Positions 27,387 through 36,079 of a stretch of DNA of 46,336 bases are shown in pieces. Below the pieces are notes generated by a model, which saw only the letters and a list, made by a program, of their open reading frames with translations, did not search any database and was not told the DNA's origin. The translations under genes and the position numbers were made by a program. This DNA comes from a virus: the IMG/VR virus record IMGVR_UViG_3300026255_000010. One strand, given 5' to 3'. How positions within the stretch are numbered: the first letter of the stretch is position 1; each line of letters begins with the position of its first letter.

Positions 27387-27787
27387 CAGATATCGACGCC
27401 CCGGACCTCGTTAGGCAGATCGTCGGTATTCAGGGACCAATTGGCATGCCCTTCTCCGGATACATCATAATCATGTGGCTGAGTGCCGGAATCAGTGACA
27501 ACGCCCACCGAAGGCGTGACCGAAGTAAACCCGGCATGCCGCCTGGCCTCCTTCAAGAGCTGGTTGCCCCTGCGCTCGAATCTGTCTGCCAGTTCGCCGT
27601 ACTCGCCCAATCGGGTGGTGCACTTGAAACAACAGTTTGCGGCGGCCAGGTAGAGATTGGAGTTGGCGGTAATCTCGGCCTGGATTTCTTCATCAGTGAG
27701 GATGAAAACCGCCGAATCGATATCTCCTATCTTGTCCCTGATCCAATCCGTATTCGAATTCGTGGGACTCGTATAAGATGAAGTCAT
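27386..27787 (-). CDS. Head-tail adaptor
   Basis: WIRDKIGD...LTDEEI...YLAAANCC helical adaptor pattern. Confidence 0.65.
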   Translation of the reverse strand: MTSSYTSPTNSNTDWIRDKIGDIDSAVFILTDEEIQAEITANSNLYLAAANCCFKCTTRLGEYGELADRFERRGNQLLKEARRHAGFTSVTPSVGVVTDSGTQPHDYDVSGEGHANWSLNTDDLPNEVRGVDI

Positions 27788-27833
27788 TTTGCACCACCCG
27801 GTTTATTATTACTAAAAAATAATTTAGAAGACC

Positions 27834-28538
27834 TTAAGCGGTCTTCTGGAATATCAGCAAGAACACCATCTTGCCCGCGCTCCGGTTGGCGTTTGCCGCG
27901 CTGTATGCATAGATATCAGCACCAGACGCAACCGTGTTGTCTGCTCCAGCTACCCGATGACCGGCGAACACCGATCCAAGCCAGTTGCCAGCGACTGCAG
28001 CGTCCTTATCGACGATGATGTCAGAGCACATCTTATTAGCGCCAAGCAACGTGTTATTGCTTACGCTGATAGTGTTATCCGCATCGCCGTTGAACGCTTC
28101 AGTCACGATTCCAATCGCTATCAGGAGCTTGCCCTTTGCGCCTGCTGAGTCGGTGATCTTCTCATCGACTGCTGTGGCTACACCGAAATCAACTTCTGTC
28201 GGGCCTTCGAAGAAGAGGCTCGACTTCTCATCGGCTACCAGATGGGCGATCTTGATTGCTGCTGTCAGGACGCCGGCGGTGTTGCTCAGGCCGGTGATGG
28301 CCGGTGTGCCGGCCAGGGTGTTGGCCACATTGGTCAGGGTGGCTTTCTTGTTTATGTTGCCGGCTTCTGAATCGTTGATCAGGATGGTATCGGCGCCCAC
28401 GGGGGCCGTCTTTGCCACCATGTCATGAACCAGGCTGTTGGCCACGTCCACCGCGCCCACCGAGTCATCTATGATGGCAGCAGAGTCCACGGACGCACTC
28501 GCCCGGAACCAGTTGGGCGGTTTAGGAATTCCAGTCAA
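27834..28538 (-). CDS. Head fibre/decoration-like structural protein
   Basis: Ala/Gly/Thr-rich, between MCP and adaptor; GAGGTGA RBS with TTG start. Confidence 0.5.
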   Translation of the reverse strand: MTGIPKPPNWFRASASVDSAAIIDDSVGAVDVANSLVHDMVAKTAPVGADTILINDSEAGNINKKATLTNVANTLAGTPAITGLSNTAGVLTAAIKIAHLVADEKSSLFFEGPTEVDFGVATAVDEKITDSAGAKGKLLIAIGIVTEAFNGDADNTISVSNNTLLGANKMCSDIIVDKDAAVAGNWLGSVFAGHRVAGADNTVASGADIYAYSAANANRSAGKMVFLLIFQKTA

Positions 28539-28576
28539 AAGTTATCACCTCAAAAGAAAGGTCTAAAATAGCAAGA

Positions 28577-29170
28577 TCAATGCTCACGAAGAGCATTGCA
28601 GCACTCAAGGACTTTATCTAATGGCTTCTCGTATGCGGTCCATTTAGAAACGCTTGATGTACTCACAGATATCGATAACATTTCCAAATGGTTTATTCGG
28701 TTTCCGGGTATTAACCACATTCTGACAGGGGTCAACGATTCTCTATCATCGAACGCCAGACACAAGAAGTGATCTGCAATTTTGTTTTTCTGTATAGCAA
28801 AACTCCAGAATCTTATTCCACGTCTGCCAACCCGCTCACATGAGGTTTTAACATCTATCTTAAACCCGCGACCACAAATAAAGTCATATCCCGGATTATT
28901 ATTGGGCATTCGTTCTACGTGATCGAAATAGTTCGACAGAACCCGTTCCCCGATATAAATTCCCAAAAAACTTGAACATTTACTATTCTCTGCCATTGGA
29001 GACCGTTTTTCTCTTCGGTATAACCCAGATTTTACTATTTCGTTGTCACACTTCTTACATACCGACTTAGGATACTTCTTGTCGGTATATTTCGAAGTAT
29101 ATGTACCGAACTTGTCTAGATTTTCGGGCGTTTTCTCCAAACCACATCGAGTGCATTTGTTATTGTGCAT
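28577..29170 (-). CDS. Free-standing PD-(D/E)XK endonuclease with N-terminal zinc finger (homing-endonuclease-like)
   Basis: CTRC...CKKC zinc finger; GYDFIC...KIDVKTS catalytic pattern; AT-richer than flanking capsid genes. Confidence 0.65.
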   Translation of the reverse strand: MHNNKCTRCGLEKTPENLDKFGTYTSKYTDKKYPKSVCKKCDNEIVKSGLYRREKRSPMAENSKCSSFLGIYIGERVLSNYFDHVERMPNNNPGYDFICGRGFKIDVKTSCERVGRRGIRFWSFAIQKNKIADHFLCLAFDDRESLTPVRMWLIPGNRINHLEMLSISVSTSSVSKWTAYEKPLDKVLECCNALREH

Positions 29171-29206
29171 CCACGTACCTCCGATTGTACTCCGAGAAGA
29201 GTTTAA

Positions 29207-29255
29207 GAGGAGGCCGCTCTCGGAAAAGCGGTTTTCGAGCCGTCGCTCTATCCTC
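29207..29255 (-). ncRNA. Three-way-junction RNA element (copy A)
   Basis: P1 GAGGA/TCCTC, P2 GAGC-GACG-GCTC, GAAAA linker, P3 CCGCT-TTTCCGAG-AGCGG. Confidence 0.45.
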
Positions 29256-29294
29256 ATGCCTCGTGCGCTGTCTTACTATTTAGCCTATTCGGCC

Positions 29295-30230
29295 TTAGCC
29301 GATAGCGATCTCCACAAAGGCTTGGTTGTCATGGAAGACCATACCGACGTCCTGATAGAGGTGGACCTCGATGTTCTTGATGGCCTTGCGGGGGTAGCTG
29401 TCATCGACAGTGATACCCCTGGCCTGCACCAGCTCAGCAGCTTCCCGGCTCTTAGTGACAATGTAGACGTAGTTCGCCGTCACCGAATCGTTGATGATCG
29501 CCCAATCAGACATGGGCTCATTCTTGGTCCTGCCAAACAGAGGGGCAACGGACTCATAGATCAGGCTTGAGCTGTCAGAATAGGGATCTTTCTGGAAGAG
29601 AGCGTCCATAGCGGCGGCATTGCCGATCAGGTAGAGGTTTCGCAGGTTGGTGCGGTATTTGGAATCGAGCTTGCCCCTAGCAACCCTCAGATCCTCGTAG
29701 ATGTCCCTGTTGGTATCGGAGGTCAGCCAGGCACCGATGTTATTGGTATCGCTGCCAGAAGCACCGGAGGCGACAACCTTGCCGTTGGTGTTCAGGCCTG
29801 CGCAAGTAGCGACACCGGGGATGTTATTGACGGCCCTGCCAGCGAACCAGACCTTATCCTCACCCCGGAAGATCTTGGCCATGCAGCCTTCGATGTATCT
29901 CCTCTGGAGCATGGGGTCTTTGGCCAGGTCGTCCTCGTTCATGACGAAGCTATCAGCCCACCGCCAGAGCGGTGTGTTGCTGGTTGTGCTTCCCAGGGAG
30001 ACCTCAACGCCGGGGGTCTTCTTGGCCTTCGGCACCACGTCGTCACCGGCGAAGTCAATCTTGTTGGCCTCGTAGGCTTCGGTTGTGGCCGGCACCTGAG
30101 TCAGAACGGTACATTTCCTGGCCATCTGGTTATCCAGATTTACATCATACCAATCGTTGATGTAATCGTAGAAGGTCGCGGTAAATGTGCCAGGGACAAT
30201 ACCAGACCCGTAAAGCATATCAGTAGCCAT
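29295..30230 (-). CDS. Major capsid protein (HK97 fold, encapsulin/linocin-like)
   Basis: 311 aa after scaffold and decoration genes; IFRGEDKVWFAG...PGV and LYLIGN motifs. Confidence 0.8.
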   Translation of the reverse strand: MATDMLYGSGIVPGTFTATFYDYINDWYDVNLDNQMARKCTVLTQVPATTEAYEANKIDFAGDDVVPKAKKTPGVEVSLGSTTSNTPLWRWADSFVMNEDDLAKDPMLQRRYIEGCMAKIFRGEDKVWFAGRAVNNIPGVATCAGLNTNGKVVASGASGSDTNNIGAWLTSDTNRDIYEDLRVARGKLDSKYRTNLRNLYLIGNAAAMDALFQKDPYSDSSSLIYESVAPLFGRTKNEPMSDWAIINDSVTANYVYIVTKSREAAELVQARGITVDDSYPRKAIKNIEVHLYQDVGMVFHDNQAFVEIAIG

Positions 30231-30932
30231 TTATTTCACCAGCTTTACCAGGCAGGGGTAGCACCTGGTCACCAAGTCGGAATCGTTAGACACGAGCGCG
30301 ACGGTTGAGGGGATCTCAAGCGTTATGACAGTAGATGTCAGAGACGCAACGCGGTTTGTCTGGCAAGCGCCATCCAGGTCTTCCAGACAGATGTAATCAC
30401 CGACAGCTATTCCCATGGTGGCGATCTCGCCAGCGGCCATTGTGACGGTTGTGTCGCCCACAGCGACATCAGACGCTGGGGTCTTGTAGCTCTTGGAGCC
30501 CATTGTGACGCTCTGGAGAGCCTTTGCGACGGTTGATACCGTGAAGGTTGTTCCTGCGGTGCTTCCTGCCTCTTCTAGCAGGCCGTGATTGCCAGGCGTG
30601 CCATCACCAAGGACAGCAACCTCTAAGAAGTCGCCAAGGTCCACGTTGACGTCAGCGCCGTTGGCCATTACCAGGGCATAGCCCACACCGTCCACGATGG
30701 GGACCTGCTCATACTGTTCAAAGAACCCGTCGTACTTGCCTTTAGTCAGGCCTTCTGGGCGGTTATCGGCTATTCCGATGATGGCGTTTTCTGCCTGTGC
30801 AGCGGCCACGGTTTCCGATCCAGCGGTGGCCGAGCTGAGAGCTACCACGCCGCCAACGGGAATACGGGAAGCGGCGGGATAAGATACATACCACTGGCTG
30901 CCAGAGACAGCGGTCTTTCTATTTACTACCAT
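30231..30932 (-). CDS. Capsid decoration/cement protein
   Basis: Between scaffold and MCP; IPVGGVVAL...IIGIA...GDFLEV beta-tulip-like pattern. Confidence 0.6.
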   Translation of the reverse strand: MVVNRKTAVSGSQWYVSYPAASRIPVGGVVALSSATAGSETVAAAQAENAIIGIADNRPEGLTKGKYDGFFEQYEQVPIVDGVGYALVMANGADVNVDLGDFLEVAVLGDGTPGNHGLLEEAGSTAGTTFTVSTVAKALQSVTMGSKSYKTPASDVAVGDTTVTMAAGEIATMGIAVGDYICLEDLDGACQTNRVASLTSTVITLEIPSTVALVSNDSDLVTRCYPCLVKLVK

Positions 30933-30938
30933 TGTTAA

Positions 30939-32231
30939 TCATCTCCTCTTGAACAGGGTTGCATCGGCCTTGGCTCTTGCAGCTTCGACCACATCAGCAG
31001 AATTGAGAGTCTTCTTACCGGCCAGGGTCTTGGCTTCGGCTTCGGTCAGCAGCTTGGCGGAGTTGGTGATCTTCCAGGCCTCGTAAGTCGCGGGGTTCAT
31101 ATCCCGGACCTCGTCCCAGAGGGTATCAATTTCAGTTGCAGCGGCAGCATTGAGCTGCTTCTTGAAGGCCTCCTTGTGAGCAGACTCAGAAGCTGCGGCC
31201 TCTGCCGTTGCCTTGCTGGTGAAAGCCTCGTTGAGCTGCTTGTGTTCGGTTGCCAGGCCATCGAGCTTGGCGCTCAATTCAGAGACGATGCCCTCCAGGG
31301 AGGTCACCTTCTCATTAGCAGCATTAAGCTGCTTTTCATAATCGGCCCGGAGGGCCTCAATTTCTTCCATTTTGTCAGCCTCGTTTGTTTGTTTTGGGCA
31401 CCGTTTCACAAATCTCCCGTCAACCAGAACATGGCTCGACGGCGCCTTCATCAGTTCTTCGAACGGATCGGGCTCCGGGGAGGCGTTCTGGAAGGGGCCA
31501 CATCCCATCTCACGCGAACAGGCTCCTTTTGTCCCTGAGAAGAAGTTCGCATATTCTACGACATTATAAGGGCCAAGCTCTACAGCATCGTATTTGTTGC
31601 CTTCAAACTCGCCCGTCTCGCGTTTGGTAATCGTGAAATATCCCGGACTCGCGTCGGGGAACTGCTTGTTTTGGATCTTGCCGATCTCATCCGGCAACAG
31701 ATACTTTTTGTAGTATCTGGAAATTCCAAAGATGTCCCGCTTGTCGTCCCTCGGAGTGGCTGATATAGCGTGACCTAGCCACCTGTCATCGGGCCGCAAT
31801 GTATCCGTTTCCAGATGCTTGTCAGTGATCGGAACTCCTAAGAATCGCGGCGCATTGGCCTTCAGGACATCGTACCGCTTGAGCGTCGGGATGCCGTTGG
31901 TTCCAACAAAGACGCCCTCCTTGGCGAAGACCGTTGGCACATCGAAGTACTCATCAGTCTCCAGGATTTCGCCCTCCACATGGGCTGCGTTAGTGACCTT
32001 TAGCGGGCCTTCTCCGGCCAGAAGGTGTTCTTCTATGTCCTCTAGCTCGATATCCTCTTCCTGGGCCTTACGGGCCTTCGCCTGGCCTCCTGCTGATCCT
32101 CTGGCCCGCTTGTGGATCTCGGCCTTAACCTGATCATAGATGAGAGGATGGCCGGTAACGAACTTGTGGAAGGCCTTGAGGTATTCAGGGGAGACCTCAG
32201 AGTTCTCTTGTTTTTCTGTAATAGTGATCAC
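30939..32231 (-). CDS. Prohead protease/scaffold (DUF2213-like) with coiled-coil C-terminus
   Basis: AKEGVF, FLGVPITDKH, DASPGY motifs, then a long Ala/Glu/Lys coiled coil. Confidence 0.7.
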   Translation of the reverse strand: MITITEKQENSEVSPEYLKAFHKFVTGHPLIYDQVKAEIHKRARGSAGGQAKARKAQEEDIELEDIEEHLLAGEGPLKVTNAAHVEGEILETDEYFDVPTVFAKEGVFVGTNGIPTLKRYDVLKANAPRFLGVPITDKHLETDTLRPDDRWLGHAISATPRDDKRDIFGISRYYKKYLLPDEIGKIQNKQFPDASPGYFTITKRETGEFEGNKYDAVELGPYNVVEYANFFSGTKGACSREMGCGPFQNASPEPDPFEELMKAPSSHVLVDGRFVKRCPKQTNEADKMEEIEALRADYEKQLNAANEKVTSLEGIVSELSAKLDGLATEHKQLNEAFTSKATAEAAASESAHKEAFKKQLNAAAATEIDTLWDEVRDMNPATYEAWKITNSAKLLTEAEAKTLAGKKTLNSADVVEAARAKADATLFKRR

Positions 32232-32390
32232 CTACTTCTTCCCTTTCTTTTTGCACTTCGTTTCCAGTGTGGCCGCGCCCTGGCTGATCTTCTTCAGCCG
32301 CCTGGCCATTGGGGATACATCCAGCACGAAGCCCCGCGTCCGGATACCGTGTGTCCGGAGGGCCCGCAAAACAAGGAACTCCTCTCTCAT
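32232..32390 (-). CDS. Small basic protein (52 aa, not in the ORF track)
   Basis: ATGA overlap with the portal stop; MREEFLVLRALRTHG...KKKGKK. Confidence 0.45.
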   Translation of the reverse strand: MREEFLVLRALRTHGIRTRGFVLDVSPMARRLKKISQGAATLETKCKKKGKK

Positions 32391-33700
32391 AACATGCCTC
32401 CGCCCAATTGGTTATACTCGTTTGACATTTGGGCCAAAGCAGCGTCATCCAGCTCTGGTAACGAATGAATGGCCCGGTATTCATTGACCGTGATCAGCCG
32501 GTTCATGGCTCCATCCAGAGCTTCCTTGTGGACCTGGGCTTTGTCCTCGGGGACTGTCGGCCACCACTGGAATTCGCACGACCACCCAAAGAAACCGTTG
32601 TCCTCCAGGATCTTCGAATAGAACTCCTCAAAAGGCCTAGCGCAGATCTCCCTCCAGCCGTTTACAATGAGCTGGAACAGTTCGAGAGCCGGAGCACTGG
32701 ATTTGCTTATGGCACTTCCCAAAGTATCCAGGATGTTTACCGGGATGAGATGACTGGTGATCTCCCTAATAAGATACTGATCAATCTCTATCGGCGGCCT
32801 GGCGGAGAGCGTCGGATAATCTAGCTTTGTGCCCGGAGGCATCAGGAAAGCGGTGTCAGTGGACTGGGCCTTAATCACTTTATCAAGATAATCCCATACC
32901 TCGGACGGGATGCCCATTATCTTTGTGCCAGTGTAGCCTTCGTCTCCTTGGCCATCGCCCATCATGGCGGTGACGTACTGGAAGTCGATTACCCCAACCG
33001 CGTTAGGGGCTGCCACCCGTTGCAGGTACTTCATGACCGCCTGGCTTCTGGCAAAGCCCCATTGTCTGATGGTGGGGATGATAGAGGCTATGTAAGACAG
33101 CTCACCAGGCGTCCGGTCCTGAATATGGAATATTTGGTCAGCCTCGATCTCTACCGGCTTGCCAGACCGGCTCTGAGACTGCCAATAGTGGATGCTATCG
33201 TCGTCCGCGTCGGTGACTATGCCTTTCAAGAGAGGATCGGAGAAATAGCGGTCGCTGCCCCTGGTGTTGTCCGGAGCAGCTTCGAAGGAGACCGCCGGCA
33301 GATGCTTGAATACGTCCGGGATGGTCCACTGCTCTTCTGTTTTGAGACTGTAATTGTAAATCGAGTGCCTGAAGCCCAGCGTATCAAAGAAGGTTTGCCT
33401 GATGTTTGACCTGCTCTGAACCACCTTATCGGCCATGCGCAGGCCCCGGCGGGCTTCGGCTATCTTGGCTTCGTTCGCCTTCTCCTCTTCAGGAGGCCTA
33501 GGGACGATATCATAGCCGTTGAAGGCAATCTTGCTTATGGGCAAGAGGAGCCCTTGGACCGGCGGAACCGATAGAGCAGACAGGATGGCCGAAGCGGTGA
33601 TGTTACGATCAACTGCAGCGAACCCCGAAGACGACAGGTTAACCTGGGATTTGCCGGTGGTGCCGGCGGCATTGCGAATTTTCCTATGAATTGTCGTCAT
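32387..33700 (-). CDS. Portal protein
   Basis: 437 aa ATGA-coupled to terL; ADQIFHI...IASIIPTI and LITVNEYR motifs. Confidence 0.8.
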   Translation of the reverse strand: MTTIHRKIRNAAGTTGKSQVNLSSSGFAAVDRNITASAILSALSVPPVQGLLLPISKIAFNGYDIVPRPPEEEKANEAKIAEARRGLRMADKVVQSRSNIRQTFFDTLGFRHSIYNYSLKTEEQWTIPDVFKHLPAVSFEAAPDNTRGSDRYFSDPLLKGIVTDADDDSIHYWQSQSRSGKPVEIEADQIFHIQDRTPGELSYIASIIPTIRQWGFARSQAVMKYLQRVAAPNAVGVIDFQYVTAMMGDGQGDEGYTGTKIMGIPSEVWDYLDKVIKAQSTDTAFLMPPGTKLDYPTLSARPPIEIDQYLIREITSHLIPVNILDTLGSAISKSSAPALELFQLIVNGWREICARPFEEFYSKILEDNGFFGWSCEFQWWPTVPEDKAQVHKEALDGAMNRLITVNEYRAIHSLPELDDAALAQMSNEYNQLGGGML

Positions 33701-35109
33701 GGTATCGGGATTCCTGAGCTGGATATTTGAGATGGTGCTGAGAAGTTGTACGATCTTGGTTTTCTCCCATTTAAGATACCAGACACACACATCTCAAGCA
33801 TGTCTGGGCCGTCGTCGTGCATCTTGCTATCTGGAGAAAATGCCTTGAGCTGTTGGATCAGAGATGGATAAGCAGCAGCCCAATCTGATCGAAACAGCAG
33901 CGTCCCATTGCTATAATGCGGTTCCATCGATCTGATTCGGGCTTCCTTGTTGGCGGTGTTCCAAATGAACTTGAAGGGGACCGTGACGCCCGCCTCGACC
34001 ATCCTTTTTCGCAAGTCTTTCTCGAAGAGGCTCATACCTTCCGCGCCTTTGGCGTGACCTAAGCTGTTGGCCTCAATCCAGAATACTCGGTTGTTGAATA
34101 ATCGCTGAAACTCGATGATCTTTCCAATGGTAGCACTCTGATTATCAACTGCCATGTCGCATGCCCAGACCAGCAGACGACCATCCGGTAAGCGAACTAC
34201 TTCACCAATGGCAGCATAATCGTTGCCGCCCTCGGACGGATCACAGGAAGCGTAACGAACACAATTTTGCAATTCGGGATTGTTGTTGATGTCGGGCGAT
34301 TTGATCGGCCAGGTTTTAGGTTCGAAGAATATGCCGCCGCTATGCGTTATGGTCCAGTCTCCGCGCCGAAGCTGTTCTCTGGTGACATAATCCAATTTGC
34401 TCAATGCCTCTTCATATGCCTCCTGGTCGACGTGCGGGTTATCATCGAGTTTGGCCCCTATGAACGGGCGTTCCGGATCACCCCCAGTATCTATCTTGAA
34501 CCTATTTTTGACCCATTCATGTCCAACACCACCCGGATTGCTAGCTGCCCTCATCCTCAAGGGCACATCAGTGTTCTTCAACCGGCGAAGTCGGGAGAAT
34601 AGGTAAGAGTATTGTGTTTCGGTGAACTGTGTAAGTTCGTCAAATCCTATGAATTGGAATTCCGCCGACTGGTAACGATACTTGTCGCGCTCGCTTTCCA
34701 GATATCCAAAGGTGAGCGTTGCACCGGATGGAAAAGTCCATTTGTGGCCGGACGCATCCCAGTGAGCATCGCTGCCGGAAAGCCATTGGAGGCTACGATC
34801 CATGATGGCCCCCGAAAGAGCCAGGTCTGCGTAAGTGCGTCTGAGGATGAGGGCCGCATAACCGGGGACCCACGCATACTGAAGAGCTGCCATTAGCAGA
34901 GCATCAGATTTTCCCCCGGCGGCGGCCCCGCCGTACAGAACTTCGAGTTCTTGGCGAAGCAAGAACTCTGTCTGCTTCCGGGTGGGCTTGTGGATGCAAT
35001 ACTTGTTATCGAGGATGGTCTCTTTAAGAAAGATCAGCCGCTTGTCCGTTATCTTCGGTGGCTTCTTTTCCTTTACCTGCCTTCCCCGTGTCTTTATCGA
35101 TTTCATCAA
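33697..35109 (-). CDS. terL: Terminase large subunit
   Basis: Walker A YGGAAAGGKS, Walker B IGFDELTQF, ASNPGG coupling motif, nuclease CDPS and HDDGPD. Confidence 0.95.
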   Translation of the reverse strand: MMKSIKTRGRQVKEKKPPKITDKRLIFLKETILDNKYCIHKPTRKQTEFLLRQELEVLYGGAAAGGKSDALLMAALQYAWVPGYAALILRRTYADLALSGAIMDRSLQWLSGSDAHWDASGHKWTFPSGATLTFGYLESERDKYRYQSAEFQFIGFDELTQFTETQYSYLFSRLRRLKNTDVPLRMRAASNPGGVGHEWVKNRFKIDTGGDPERPFIGAKLDDNPHVDQEAYEEALSKLDYVTREQLRRGDWTITHSGGIFFEPKTWPIKSPDINNNPELQNCVRYASCDPSEGGNDYAAIGEVVRLPDGRLLVWACDMAVDNQSATIGKIIEFQRLFNNRVFWIEANSLGHAKGAEGMSLFEKDLRKRMVEAGVTVPFKFIWNTANKEARIRSMEPHYSNGTLLFRSDWAAAYPSLIQQLKAFSPDSKMHDDGPDMLEMCVSGILNGRKPRSYNFSAPSQISSSGIPIP

Positions 35110-35656
35110 AATAACCCTTGTAACGGGCGAGCCTCTGGGCGGGTGTCTCGATCACGGCATTTATTTCCAATGGCTGGGTGGGGTTGCCTTCGTGAATTAC
35201 TCGGTCGCCCATGTCCAGGTGCTTCTTGCTCCAGTGGATCATGATGTTTGTATCTCCGGGAATGAACTTGTGCTTGACGTTGGTGTGATCGTTCCCATAT
35301 TCGTCTAAGCCGGTTTCCGGGTCTATCGGCCTGGATTGATCGCAGTAAGGGCACTTGTCATAGAACTTCTCGAACGAGAACCTGATCTTCTGGCAGTCCT
35401 TGCAGATCGTCATATACCGATCCAGCATCTTTCTGAACATCGCATCAGATACGATGTTCTTGCCATCCCAGGCACCGCCTTCCCTAGCTTCCCTCAATTT
35501 GGGGTCGCGCTTCAGCCGGTTGCTGAGCACCTGAGGAGATATGTTCAGCTTACGGGCCAGGGCTGCATCTGGGATTTGGCTCCTGCAGAAGAACGCAACA
35601 GCATCATAATCTATGGGGATTGGCTTTGGACCTGGCTTTTTTCTCTCCTTTGCCAT
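35024..35656 (-). CDS. terS: Terminase small subunit with inserted zinc ribbon
   Basis: Upstream of terL; N-terminal HTH, GDTNIMIHWSK motif, CKDC...CPYC insert. Confidence 0.65.
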   Translation of the reverse strand: MAKERKKPGPKPIPIDYDAVAFFCRSQIPDAALARKLNISPQVLSNRLKRDPKLREAREGGAWDGKNIVSDAMFRKMLDRYMTICKDCQKIRFSFEKFYDKCPYCDQSRPIDPETGLDEYGNDHTNVKHKFIPGDTNIMIHWSKKHLDMGDRVIHEGNPTQPLEINAVIETPAQRLARYKGYFDEIDKDTGKAGKGKEATEDNGQAADLS

Positions 35657-35872
35657 TGGTATGCACCTATTTCTAAAGAATTCTAAATCAATATGAGGAG
35701 GCACTATTCGAATTGAAAGATCAATTGATGTGCCAAATATCCCGAAAAATCACCCATAATTAGGCTAGAATTGCAGGATAATTGCGATGTAATCGCGGTT
35801 GATTGAGGATGATAGCCTGAAATGTAGGGTGAAAGTAATATGCCGCGATGTGTTTTAATTGTTATTTGTCTG

Positions 35873-36076
35873 TCAGAGATCTGCACTGCGGACATTCGAA
35901 ATTGTCGAGGATGTGTTTGATCTTAGTGGTCTGATCCTCTTCAGGAAAGGGCGAGATAAGAGATATTCGATACTGGGATTCTTGGTTTTCTCGGCCAGTT
36001 TCTGTAGGTCTGATACCTTCCAGAACTCCAAACGCATCCCGTAAGCGGCGAGCTTTTGATTTAAGTCTGGGTCCAT
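35873..36076 (-). CDS. Small hypothetical protein
   Basis: 67-aa ORF 3 nt after the upstream stop. Confidence 0.4.
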   Translation of the reverse strand: MDPDLNQKLAAYGMRLEFWKVSDLQKLAEKTKNPSIEYLLSRPFLKRIRPLRSNTSSTISNVRSADL

Positions 36077-36079
36077 TAT

